Shown here one piece after another: positions 1 to 12,553 of a DNA stretch of 64,000 bases. The DNA is from Octopus bimaculoides (Eukaryota), in NCBI RefSeq assembly GCF_001194135.2, contig NC_068988.1, forward strand, positions 54,914,133-54,978,132, given 5' to 3'. A program made the translations under genes and the position numbers. A model generated the notes under the pieces. It was given only the letters and a program-made list of their open reading frames with translations. It ran no database searches and was not told where the DNA came from. Positions within the stretch are counted from its first letter, which is position 1. Each line of letters opens with the position of its first letter.

Positions 1-499
1 GGCCGGCGGAGAGCTCAGACGTACAAGCAGTCTGTCTCCAACATTCCAACTCTGGAGACAGCTCTTTCCAACATTCCAACTCTGGAGTTAGACAAATAAC
101 CACTCAACATCAATGACGGCGTCTCAGCAACCAAAGGGCGAAGTGCTACCTATTTCCTCTGTAAATAAATATTGTTGTGTTGATAGTTCAGAATCTGCGT
201 TCCGTTGTTTCTTCAGAATTTAATGTACGGAAGCGGGTATACACCTAATGGTGTATACCCACTTTCCTAAAATGTAATTGACTTAATCCCTTTGTCTGTC
301 CCCTCTATGTTTAGCCCCTTGTGGGCAATAAAGAAATAAGAAACCGTAGTTGCTTCTTGCTTGCAAAGATCAGACTCTCACCTCACCAAATAAATTAAAT
401 TTAAAAGATTTATTATTAATTACTTGAAATTATTTGTCCCTTTCTTTAAGAATAACTAACAGTTGACTGAGTGGAAAATATCAAATAATTAAAACATTT

Positions 500-905
500 T
501 TTGTAGTTCGGTGCGCTGTTCCCGTGTGGACTGGAATCCAAACAACTAAATACCAAGGAGATGCAGAACGGCTGAAACCAACTCAAAGCACAGCAGCTAA
601 AATCAACTCAAGGCAGTGCAACTGACACCAGCTACAGTGTTTATTTCATCTAATATGCTTATCAGTAACAAAGTCTCCTCTCCCCACACCTCTAAATTTT
701 CCTGTTGTCATTACCACTCTCCAAATTCTTCAAACCCTCCGGCAACTGTTTAACTATCTCTTGTAATCATATCTCACTTCACCACTCTTTGAAGTCATTG
801 TTTTGGGTGAATTTTATGTTCACAACTCCGTTTTGCTCTCGTCTACTTCTCCCTACACACTAACACTGCTAGCACAGAAGCTGAATCTTTTGTCTTTCTG
901 AATAA
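500..905 (+). mobile_element. Degenerate CR1/L2-like LINE fragments (AP endonuclease motifs)
   Basis: Translates to CCHYHSPNS and EVIVLGEFYVHN (YRSPN and GDFNxH-like) plus CAVPVWTG...STAAKI; stops and frameshifts. Confidence 0.5.
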
Positions 906-1329
906 CATAGGAACTGCGCATGTGCTAGGTTTCAATACGAACTTAAAATTTGATGCATGTAGGTGGAAGACAGAAATATGTGGTGTGTAGACTTCCGCGT
1001 TATATAAATTGGATGTGCTCGTGAAGTTAAACCAAAACAGGTTTCAGAGATTTTTAGAATGTCCAGAAAAATCACTGTATACAAGTAATGATAGGTTGAA
1101 ATGATTTGTAGCAAGGTTTTGACGTTAAATCATTTTCAATAAAATGTTTAAATTGGGGCAAAATGAGTAATGATTAATTTCAATAATTTCTTTTCGATGA
1201 TACTTTATTTTATCTAATATAGTTTTCACAAAAGAAAAAAACAGAGAAAGGGAAAAAAGGCGTAGGAAAAAAGAAAAGAGAAAAAAAAAAAAAACCATCA
1301 GTGCACCACCAAGTACTTCTATTGGTCGC

Positions 1330-2200
1330 ACACCACAAAATTCAACGGAACCTACTGAAGCAAGCCAGCACCCTCGCAGCATTACCACGGGTGATTGCGA
1401 GGCTAAGGCGTTGGAAAAGCCAAGCGCCTTACAGGCATCACCTGACACCTCGGTGAGGCAAGCTGTCAACGATGGGAACTTCGCGGTTAGTGGCCCAGTC
1501 CCTCCAAACGTTTCAAGCGCTACAGGTTGGAAGAGATAATTCACTGCCAGGTCCCGATACTTCAGGGTTTTTGTTCCGTTCGGCTACAGAAACTGTGACC
1601 CTTCCATTTACCGTAACATCCAGGATGTGGGGAGGAGCAAAAGAGTCACAGACTGTGACGTCCCAGATGTGACACCTACCTCTAATCCAGGGACAGAGAG
1701 TAAGACCATCTGGTCTCTTTCCATCACTTCTGTATAATCCCACCAGTTCCAGAACAGAGGTGATATTAATCCGAGCCAGGGCCCGCTTAATGATTAGGTT
1801 TAACTCGGTGTGAAGAGCGAAAAGACCAGCATTTAGGCGGCAAAACAAACCGTGAAGACCTGCGGTATCAAAAGGCCTACCACAACGACATCTCAATCCC
1901 CTACAAACGTCAGCTCCCACTTTGAGCGCGATGGAGATACGGAGCTCATCTAGACTGAGTAGACTTCCAATATTGGCCACAGGCTGGGCATTAATCCAGT
2001 CCCCCGAAAATTTTGGACGAGCAGAAAGTCGGTGACACCTTGAAAATTGATCAGTTTGATCAAGGAGAGAGTTTAAAGTGACACTTGAATGCAGATTGTC
2101 CCATACTCTCTGCCTCCGTCTATCCTCCACTGTAACAGGTACTGACAACCCCAGCTCTCTCCGGAGTTTATCCATCTCCTTGTTGGAATTAGTCCATGTT
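1330..2200 (-). mobile_element. CRE-clade-like non-LTR retrotransposon 3' fragment (zinc knuckle plus restriction-like endonuclease)
   Basis: QRVWD, CRCG...HGLFC, KRPDG...WDVTV, then after frameshifts KTLKY...QPVALETFG and WLFQRLSLAITRGNAARVL. Confidence 0.85.
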
Positions 2201-2550
2201 GGTGCGTAAATATATCAGGAAGAGAGCCACTCCAGCAGATCATAAAGAAGTTATATCGAATATTTTGCGCTGAGTTTTAAAATTTAATCGAGTTTTGTTA
2301 ATTTCATATCATGTGCCATTTCTCCCTGATCCTCTTTCATTTGTCCTTGATATTTGAAATTTTTGCTGCATTTCTGATCTTTCTGATGTCTTAGGAAAGA
2401 TACCGATCCGTATAAATCTTTTTTGCAAATGTAATTCTAGAGAATTGAAGTGATAAATTTACCTTATCATGTCCTACTCATTTTGCCCCATGTAAATTTC
2501 TCTTTTGTATGCTCAAAGATATTTTTTTGAAATAGTGTTCTGCATACGTT

Positions 2551-2699
2551 CAGGGCCGGCTCAAGATACCGGCAACTCAGGCAATCACCCGAGGCACGAA
2601 GAAGGGCGAGACAAAGACAAGGAAATTTCCACGACCGTCAGCTTGTACACGCTGAAGTTCAGCGTACCCAGAGTGTCAGTAACCCGAGGGTCGGCCCTG
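2551..2699. mobile_element. hAT-type MITE
   Basis: TIR CAGGGCCG...CGGCCCTG; 8-bp TSD catacgtt (2543-2550) / catatgtt (2700-2707). Confidence 0.85.
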
Positions 2700-3279
2700 C
2701 ATATGTTATAGTGTTTTTAATGCATTTAGAGGTCATTTTCTTAGCTGATATAGTTTTGTAAGGTAGTGAATATTTGTGAAAAAGAAAGAATTTTTTTCTT
2801 AAGGTAAAAAAAATGCAGTAAATATTACTCATTGTGCCCCACCAACCCTACTGGAAACTGGAAAAGTGGACTTTCAGAATAACTGGCCAAATTAACTTGG
2901 AATTTTCCCCCCTTTTGTCGGGATTTTCCCTTTTTTAAATCATGCATTGCAAAACATTGAAGGAAAACCTTTTTAAAACAAGAATTTAAAAAATTCATGT
3001 CTTTTAAATGTTGTCTCCCCCACTCACACACCACACACACACTCATCGTACCTTTGGAACAGCGACAACTAAAATGATCTTACCCTCCTCTTTCTTCCTT
3101 GTACTGATGTAGTTTTTGTAAGGCCGTGAACATTTGTAAACATTTTTCTCAATGGAAAATGTAGTAAATATTACTCATTGTACCCCATTCCTTATCTGAT
3201 ATACATTCATACATACACACTTATGTATATATGTGTGTGTCTACAAAGATATGTGTATCTATTTGTATGCAGAGAACTT

Positions 3280-4191
3280 TTTATTATTATCCGGTTTTGT
3301 TCGAACGAAACCGAAACGGAAGTATGCATATCACTCGATTGTAAAGTTTTTCGTATTAAAAGCAAAAATCTCTGACTGCACATATATATTATATTATTTT
3401 ATTATCGGTTTCTTTCTTTCCCAATAACTTTTTTATTAACAACTATAACAAATGAAAAAGAATTATAATTACAAACACTGAATTACTTTGGTATTTTTCT
3501 GCAGGATGTAAAAGCTAAGACAATACTAGCTCTGTATGTTATTAACAGACGGTATTTTGTACATTCGAGGAGAATCGTTTGATTGTTTAATTAAAAATAT
3601 ACATTTTGCTTTCTCTTTCCACACGGTCTCATTCTGTATCATGTAAAACATCGAGCTACAAATTTGTAAGTATAGATGGCTAAACGTATTCTTCTAAATG
3701 TATATATTTTCATCTTTGTTGTTGTTGCTATTGATATTCTATCAAATTCCAGTTGTTTGTTTTATTTTTGCTCGTCAAGGAAAATATGGTTGTTTAGTGA
3801 AACAAATGTTTTCTTCTCATTTACCGTGTTATTTATTTACAGGGAGAATGTGTGTCTTGTTACTGCAAACGTACAAATGGTTGTTACACACACACATATA
3901 TATACATATATATATAATTTTTATTATGATAAGCACAAGTTTATAATATTAGTTCGTACGTCCGTTTCACGATTGTGATTGTTTGGAACACTCTGCATTA
4001 GATATTCCAAGTGCAATTGGGTGCTTAACCATAATAGCTCACCGAGGAACACTTTGTTGCATTATGTCACGGAGAACTAATATCTACAGTTGGGTAGATG
4101 GCGAGGCATTTTATAAGTATTTTGAGAGAAGAATAGAAGATAGCTGGCAAAGGACAGAGAGGGACTGAGAAACAAGAGAAAGGGAGAGAGA

Positions 4192-4245
<54 letters not shown>

Positions 4246-5400
4246 TACAGAGAGAGAGGAGAGAGAGACAGTAGTTTGGTGTTAAAGCTATTTTCTACTT
4301 AGATGTTTATTTTAACTCTTCGTAAGTCTTATAATAACAGCATTATTGATTAGACGTCCTCACACACACACACATATATATATATGTAAACGTAAATGTT
4401 TATACATTTATATACATGCACGTATCAGTGTAAATGTACGTGTATTTACTCTTGCTCACATTCAAACTGTATACACATACATTTGTGTCCACCCACTGTC
4501 GCGTGGTTAAATGTGTGACACTGTGCATGTGTGTGTGTATGTGTGTTATGACTGTGTTCCGTTATTTGGTGTTTTTTTCCCTCTTTATTTAATCAATTAT
4601 AAGTTCAGTTACGATTGAATCGACGGATACCTTCTCGCTATAGTTTCCTATTTACTGTATCTCGACATTTGATAGTGTCTCGTTTTCCTTAAGTTTGATA
4701 ATTATAATGAAACTTCTTTCAATGGAATACTATCCTTGCCGTCGTCATCCGCCTTTCTCAGGAATACTATCACACAAGATTTTTACGAGCCTATGAGAGG
4801 GTACTACTAACCAGTTGATCGACTTTAGAAATAACAGCCAAATCACTTTCTACTGTCCAAAATAAAGTGACTACGTCTAAACAAGACAAGCTGATTGTCA
4901 TAGCCAGAACGCCTTTGATAATATTTTTGCTCGATCAGATTCGACCTGGAGCACTAAAATATATATTTTAGTGTAATTTTCAAGATTTTGTTTGTTTTTC
5001 TTTCGAATAAGGGGGTGTATTCAAAAGAATGACTCGTAGTGAAGTCCCTAAAACGACGAGCTGGTTGCTCTTGTTCATTGATCTGCACGATCAGGTTTGA
5101 CTTGAGACTAAACATCAACAACTGGAAATTTGTCAATTTTGGGGGGTGGGGTGGATATTGAATATTTCTGTACTTTTTATTATCTAAAACGATTACCATA
5201 TACACAGCTGTTTCTCATACTTGTTATTGATGGTATTCTCAGCAAAATTCAACGCTAGCCGATATTTTGATATTCTATGTAACACAAACAAAAATGACAA
5301 TTGAACTTAAAGAAATACCTCAGAGGAGCGTTCTGCGTACGTAAGTCGTCACGTACAATAAGTTTCTCTTATCATATAATGTATAATAGTAAACTAGTAA
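3280..5400 (+). promoter_or_regulatory. Probable PIKfyve promoter / 5'UTR exon region (CpG-retaining)
   Basis: Visibly higher CpG density than the downstream gene body; ETS-like CGGAAGT at 3317-3323; consensus GTAAGT donors at 3666 and 5341. No transcript evidence. Confidence 0.4.
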
Positions 5401-5949
5401 AATCGTCTATTAACATAGATTATCCTTACAATCAGACACTCTTTCTTAAGGTGGGTGGTTGTTAAAATTTTAGAAACGAACAAAAAATAGGGGAGATCAC
5501 CCAGCTTCGGTTCATCCAAATTATTGGGAAAAGTTGACAATACATTTTAGAGTGGATCAAGTCTTTAAAACTGGTGAAAGCAGTAAATCTGTTTTTATCA
5601 CCTCAACGAAGTATATTCTGCCCAGTTGGCAAGACTTAGAGATGATAAGTATATATAGAAGGGAAATTAGTGTAAGCTAAAATGATTCAAAAGTGACTTC
5701 TGCTAGCTGTATATACATGTTATATTTACATTGTTGTATTTACATTTTAGACACTTCTAGAGGGAGATTTGCTAACTAACTGCTAAGATAACCTGAGTTA
5801 ACAAAGGTTTTCAAATCTACTCACAATGCCTTCATTGGGCTAGGGCTATAGTTGGAAACACTTGCTCAAGGTGCAATGCAGTGGAACAAAACATGTACCC
5901 ATGTGGTTGGGAAGCAAACTTCATTCCACAAAACCATCCCTGTACTTAT

Positions 5950-6430
5950 ATCATCATCTTTTAATGTCTTTCTTCCTTACTAGCATGAGTTGGACAGGTT
6001 GACAGGAGCTGGCAAGCCAGAGGACTGCACCAAGCTCCACTGTCTGTTTTGGCATGGTCTTTATGTCTGGATGCCCCTCTTAATGCCAACCACTTTACAG
6101 AGTGGACTGGATGCTTTTTACATGGCACCAGCCGTGGAAGGTCTGCTTTGGTATGATTTTTATGGCTAGATGCCCTTCCAAGCACCAATCACTTTGCAAA
6201 GTGGACTTAATGCTTTTTACATGGCAACAGCATGATTGAGGTCCCCAAGCAACTTACAAGACAAAGTTCCTTTGGAGAGGGATGGTATTGAAGGAGGTGA
6301 CTTTGTGCCAGCTGATGAGAGGTTAAGGTATGATAGAGGGACAGAAACATGTATCTTTCTGTAGAGGAGGTACATGATTACCCCAGTCAGAGAGAGAGAG
6401 AGCAAAGAAGAGACAGAGAGATAGTGATGA
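5950..6430 (-). mobile_element. RTE-family 3'UTR and (GAT)n tail fragment
   Basis: Reverse complement matches the 3' module seen at 25840-26260 and the tail at 51830-52000. Confidence 0.7.
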
Positions 6431-7789
6431 TGTGCCAGAGCATACTCTTAACGTATGAGGATGTGAATACAAATGGGAAGGTAGAGGATTGCCTGGAGTG
6501 CATAGGTAGGGAGTTCATGTGAATGCAAAAAAAGAGGATCCCACCCATAATTTTCTCTAAATTCTGTCATCTGTGCTGAATGTACATTGCTGAGGAGATC
6601 TAAGAAGACTGAAACATTTCTATTGTTGTCACCAGTTGTACAGTCAAGACCCACTACTAGTTGCATCATCTTTATTTTCTAAATATTTGGGTTAGCTGAT
6701 AATATTGGAATTTTTTTCTTTCGTATTATATTATATTTTTGCTATTGATTTTAGATTATGAATAACAGTAGAGGGAGCATTTGTCTACTACTTGTAAGGT
6801 TAGTCTCAGTTAATCAAAGTTTTTCATCAGACTATATTACATATGTGAGTCTCTGCCATGTACAAAAGCCTAACAATGTATTTATTATAAAAAGACCACA
6901 ATCTTTAATCTTTCTTCAACAAAATACAAGCTAATCATCAATGTTTAATCATTCAGAATATTTCAGTAACATTCATTGATTACCAATAGTTCTATATAGA
7001 GCTGAACTGACAAGTCAAACTTTTATTTTGCTGCTCAGTTTGCTGACCTACTAGAAGTAGCAAACAACTCCCCCTTGTTTCACTCCATCTTGTCTTCAGT
7101 AAAGACGGATACATTGCCCCTGATATTAGAATAAACCGGATGGCCACAGCTGGATTGGCTTTGGTCACAAATCTGCTTGAGAGGCTAAATGATGACATAA
7201 GCATGTATACAAACATGTGATCTTCTTCCTCCTGTTGATTAATTGCTTTGATTACTATCTCTTTAATCCATTCACAAGTTTTCTAAAATTGTCACTTGAA
7301 ATTTCTGCTTGTCAAAAACTTGACAGCTGCTTAAGTTTATTCTATTTTAATAAAATGAGAGAGAGAGAGAGAGAGGGGGGAAATTTATCAGTGTTATTGT
7401 TTTCCATTTAATGTTGTCATGAGATTTTCTGAACTTGAAACTTTTTTTTATATTTAGTTTACTTTCATAACATGCATATATTTTTGTAACACATAGACTA
7501 AGTCATCTAAGTTATTTGAAATGACTAGTGATTTTTGTTAGCAGGTTTATTACCTGAACTGAGTTTGTAATGTTTTGTTATCTGTGTGTGTGTGTGTGTT
7601 TGCATGCATACACACACACACACACACATATTGTGTGTGTGTGTGTATATACACACTGTATATATGAACTGTACATAAAACTCAAGAGGTTGAAACTTGA
7701 GCACTACTAAGTGTATTCTATACATTTGAGGTTCAAATGTCATAATATGAGTGGCAGGATATTGTGAAGGGAATGTGATTAAAGAGTGC

Positions 7790-8870
7790 AAGTAAGTGGT
7801 GAAAGACCTGGATATGTATAGAGTTGGGTGAGGCTACCAGATAGCAATGATACAGAGGAACAGGACTGGGGACTGAGAACTAGGCATAGTGTATGGAGTT
7901 ACATGTGGGTAGAACACACAGGTCAGGGGCTAGCAGATAGCAATAATAGAGTGAAACAGGAGCATGTGGGTAGAACACACAGGATGGGGGTAAGCGGAGA
8001 GCAATGATACAGTGGCACAGGGCCAAGAGGACAGGATTAGGGAGTAGGAGGTAAACAAAGTACATGAAGAGGAAATGTGAAGAAAAGAAGAGATGTAGAG
8101 ATATATTTTGGTTTGTTGTGGTAGAGTGTGTGTGAAGTTTTCTTGTTAAGTGTGGATGGGACACACGGCACTTCTAGAACTCAGTTTCACTGACGTGGAT
8201 GGGTCTTCTCAAGAACATATTGCCAGACATCTTGGTTCATTGTCATTTTGTGCGTGAGGCCCAACTTCCTGAGATCGGTCCTTACCATTTCATCCCCTGT
8301 CTTCCTGGGTCTCCCTCTTCCACGAGTACCATCCACTTTCAGTGATTGGCACTTCTTTATGCAGCTGCCCTCATTCATATGAATTACATGTCCAAACCAG
8401 CATAGTCTTCTCTCTTGCATACTACATTTGATTCCTCTTATGCCCAACTTTCCTCTCAATACATTTGCACTTTGCCATACATGTACACTGATGCTGCACA
8501 TCCATCTGAGCATATTACCTTTGTTTCTCTCCAGTCTATGCATGCCTTCTGCATTCAGAGCCCATGTCTTACTACCATAGAGTATAGCCATTCACACATA
8601 AGCATCATATAGTCTACCTTTCACTCTGAGAGAGAGTCCTTTTGTTGCCAACAAATGTAATAGCTCTCTGAACTTCTTCCACCCAATTCTTATTCTAGAG
8701 ATAATACTTTCAGAGCATCCTCTGCCATTGCTAATTTGGTTATCTAGGTAACTGAAACTATCTACAATCTTGAGAGCCTCCAAGGCATTTGAGAGAATCT
8801 AAGTCCCATGTGCTCTTAGTGCTTTTTGTTCCTGCACATCTGCCATATACAAAGATGACTTTATCTGAAT
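7790..8870 (-). mobile_element. RTE-clade LINE fragment (RT C-terminus plus proximal 3'UTR)
   Basis: ORFs 8592-8783 and 8187-8591: IVDSFSYLDN...WKKFRELL...LYGSKTW...WFGHVIHM...RGRPRKT. Confidence 0.85.
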
Positions 8871-8959
8871 GGAGGATTATGCCAGATAACCATTCTTCTT
8901 TTTTACATGGGTATGGTAGGTAACACTCCATGTATATTAATTTATCACTAAAGCCATTT

Positions 8960-9290
8960 CTTGCTAAAACCGTGTTGTAATAGAGTACTGCCCTATTGAA
9001 AAATTCTCAGTCTGATGTTAAGCTGGAGATTCTTCTGATACCTTTAATCAGGTTACTGATTACAGATAGCAGGTGGTTAAAATATTTGTTAACCCTTTCC
9101 TCATTGGGTTTCTGTTGGAGTAGCAAGTACTTGCTTGCTTTAAAGTGTAGGTTAGGATCCAGGAAGTCAAATTTTGTTAAATTGGTGATGACATTTATGG
9201 ATAAGCTGAACTCTTTGAGGAAGCAAATAAGGTTCTTCTTAAGCTTATTCATGGTATAGTTGCTCATATGGCTACTCTATACTGGGCCAA
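8960..9290 (-). mobile_element. Penelope-like element RT C-terminal fragment
   Basis: LSINVITNLTKFDFLDPNL...KPN...IRRISSLTSD resembles the PLE post-RT region (xDFLDxxL...KP...RIS.LS). Confidence 0.6.
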
Positions 9291-11008
9291 ATTGTGTGGG
9301 TGTGTATGTTTTCTTAGAGTATCAAGGATGAAGAGCCCTATGAGGTCAGTGACCTTGGTCCTGTCATAGACCTATGGATATGTTAAATAGCAGGTCACCC
9401 TTCTTTTTACCCAGTATGGATCTTCATGAAATAGAAGTAAGGTCCTAGCATTCATAATGATTCTGATGTCAAAGTCACTAAGTCATGTTTCCACACCCAC
9501 AAAACTTTAAATAATATGAGAAGTAAAGTGAACCTGTTAATAGATATGCACACACACATACAAACATTCACTTGTTAATTCATGTAACAACCATTTCCCC
9601 ATGCTAGTATGAGTTGGACAGAGATTTATTTGTGGCAGGATTTTACAGGGCCCTATGTTTTTTTGTGCCATTAATCCTTACCTGTTCTTCAAGCAAAGGA
9701 TTGTTTTACACAGTTCTTTGAAAACAGTAAGTGACTTAACAACAAATGTAAACATCATTGCTGTAAACATCATCAATGTAAACATCATCACTATTTCCCT
9801 CAGATACTGACAAGCTGCTATTTATCAACATTACACACACACACACATACTTGCATATGCAAATCTCTCTCTCTCTCTCTCTTTCCCTCCTTTTTCTATC
9901 CATCCATCTACCTGTTCATTGGTAATCCTACAGTTTCCATTTGCTAAGTTTCACTTACAAGGTGTTGGTCTGCTTGGGGCTATAGAAAACATTTATAGTG
10001 CTGCAGAGTAGGACTTGGCCCAAAACCATGCAGTTTGAAAGGAAACTTCTCAACCACACTGCCATGGTTGACATGAATAAAGTCATATTCAATATAGAAC
10101 CATATTTATTAATAATTACAGGATGCCTTGACAATTGACTTGATTTCAGATCGTGTGTTTCAAACTGAAATATTACAGTGCAGAAGTCTTATAGTAGATA
10201 CTTAATTACTTTATATATTCAAATGTTCTAATTAATTTGATAGTGAAAGCACTACACAAGCATGTGACATTGATAAAATAAGCTGAATAAAATACTAAAA
10301 TTGCTTTTCTTGCTATTTTTCATATTCATTTCTCAACGCTAGAATTTGATTTGATGGTTCCTACAAATCTGGGTTATTTAAATTCTATGGAGCTGAGTAT
10401 TCCACAGCTGGAGTTTCACACTGACAACCACTCCATTATTCTATTCAAAGACGGGCTCTATCCCAAATCCTCCAAACTTATTTCACCTTGTACCACTCTC
10501 TATTAAGACTGCAGCCTATTTCCAGTGACCTTTGGGACCTTGCTTAAAAGAAGTGTCAATGTCTGTTGAAAGATTTGAACTAATTAATTATCTTAATCAC
10601 TACTCAGCTCATATGACTCCTTCTTAGTGTATATTTAATAGGCAGAGGAGTCAACCACGATCAACAATCTATTTATGACGATATCTATTCATAGGTTCAC
10701 CACATGCTACACTTAAATATTCTCTTTATATCTTGTGTCATTTCAATTTTTATGTTGTCATAGGATTACTTTTGACACATATTTCTGTTGTTTAAATTAA
10801 TTGTTTCCGAAGCTTTTCTTTACCATTTTTAAAAGTCTTTTCTTTCAATATTTCTCTTATCTACTTTTTACATCTATTTTATCATTATTTTCATTTATTC
10901 CGGTTTTTTTTTTGTGAGGATTTAGTTTTCAGCAGTGTATAAGTGCAGATATAGTTGTGAAGATAAGAAGTTCACTCTACAGCCATGCGGCTGTGAAGTG
11001 AATTTTTC

Positions 11009-11050
<42 letters not shown>

Positions 11051-11532
11051 GTGTGTGTGTGTNNNNNNNNNNNNNNNNNNNNNNNNNNNNNNNNNNNNNN
11101 NNNNNNNNNNNNNNNNNNNNNNNNNNNNNNNNNNNNNNNNNNNNNNNNNNNNNNNNNNNNNNNNNNNNNNNNNNNNNNNNNNNNNNNNNNNNNNNNNNNN
11201 NNNNNNNNNNNNNNNNNNNNNNNNNNNNNNNNNNNNNNNNNNNNNNNNNNNNNNNNNNNNNNNNNNNNNNNNNNNNNNNNNNNNNNNNNNNNNNNNNNNN
11301 NNNNNNNNNNNNNNNNNNNNTATATATATATATATATATGCATATATATTCTTTGTATTATATATATATATAGATATATGTATGTATTGTATTTATACAT
11401 ACATATATATAAGGAGATGGGATTCAGATGTAGTAATGGTGAGGTTGGTAGGAGTATAGTACTGAGAATAATAAACTAATAATATTAATAATAATAATAA
11501 TAAGAATAACAACAATAATAATAATAACAACA

Positions 11533-11882
11533 AAAGCACTCAGAGAGTGCAAACCTCTGCCAAGGCAACACCAACGTCCTCTCAATGATTAGCCGGAGAT
11601 GAGTTTTAAAATGAGAATATCTGAAATAAGCTAGACTGTTCTCACAAATGAGAATACTAAAAATGAACCCGACTGCTCTCAAAAATTAAGTTAAAAAACA
11701 AAAAATAATCCAGAATCTATGTCCGGTACCAGATTGATCTCAAAATCTAATCAGTTTGTGCCAGTCATGAAGCCAAACATCCCTGAAAGTTTCATCCAAA
11801 TCCATCCAGTGGTTCTTGAGATATCTTGTTCAGAGACAAACAAACACGACTGAAAAACAACACCTCCACCGTTGCTAAGGTC
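11533..11882 (-). mobile_element. Non-autonomous Helentron-like (HINE/DINE-type) element
   Basis: Terminal stem-loop gcactc-aga-gagtgc (11536-11550) next to cctctgccaagg sub-terminal motif; diverged reverse-complement copy at 30620-30935. Confidence 0.45.
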
Positions 11883-12390
11883 TACAATCCATGTGATATG
11901 CCATGTATCACGAATACCAAGTTCCCTTAAACTGTGATGGTCTTTGCGTGTGTCTCCAGTAATGATGATGTCAAGCTGTCCTACATCTTTGACCAGAGCT
12001 TTAATATCGTTTCAGATGGCTATATGAAGCTGTTGAAACTGTGATCAAATCCTGACTTGATGGGGTTGCTGGTGGAAGGCCATATGCATAGCAGCAGGAT
12101 TTAGCTCCTTGCCATACCTCCAGAGAGATTCAGAAGTGGTTGTGGAAGAATTTCTATGATCCCACCAGCCCCAATTTCTGGCTTCCTAAATTCCCTCAGT
12201 TGTAATCCCATGGATTATTACCTGTGGAGCACAGTTTAGAAAGGCACCAACCATTCTTCCTGAAACACCAAGGCCAAGCTGGTGAGCAAGATCAACGAGG
12301 TGTTTGAAGATCTACCCAAGGACACAGTGAGGAAGGCATGCACCAGATTCTGAAACTGAGGGTAGCTGTTTTGAGTAGATTGTTATCTCC
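11875..12390 (+). mobile_element. Tc1/mariner transposase relic, probably DD37D (maT-type), C-terminal half
   Basis: TKFP.TVMVFACVSS...QQDLAPCHTS...NSPSCNPMDYYLW-like motifs with stops and frameshifts. Confidence 0.75.
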
Positions 12391-12518
12391 CAGCCACAAT
12401 CTAGCTGATATTTTTTGAAATACTTCTATATTTGGATATTGTGTTTTTTTTCTTTTTATGCAAACTGTCAAATTTAGCTTGAACGCCGTGTGTGTGTATG
12501 TGTGTTTGTGTACATACG

Positions 12519-12553
<35 letters not shown>

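Noticed and set aside
960-1120. Possible transposase HTH (VSEIFRMSRK)
   Set aside because: Too short and interrupted to support.
10935-11479. Long ORFs crossing N gaps (also 29776-30166, 43251-44225 minus, 55073-56147)
   Set aside because: Artefacts of translating Ns and flanking microsatellites.
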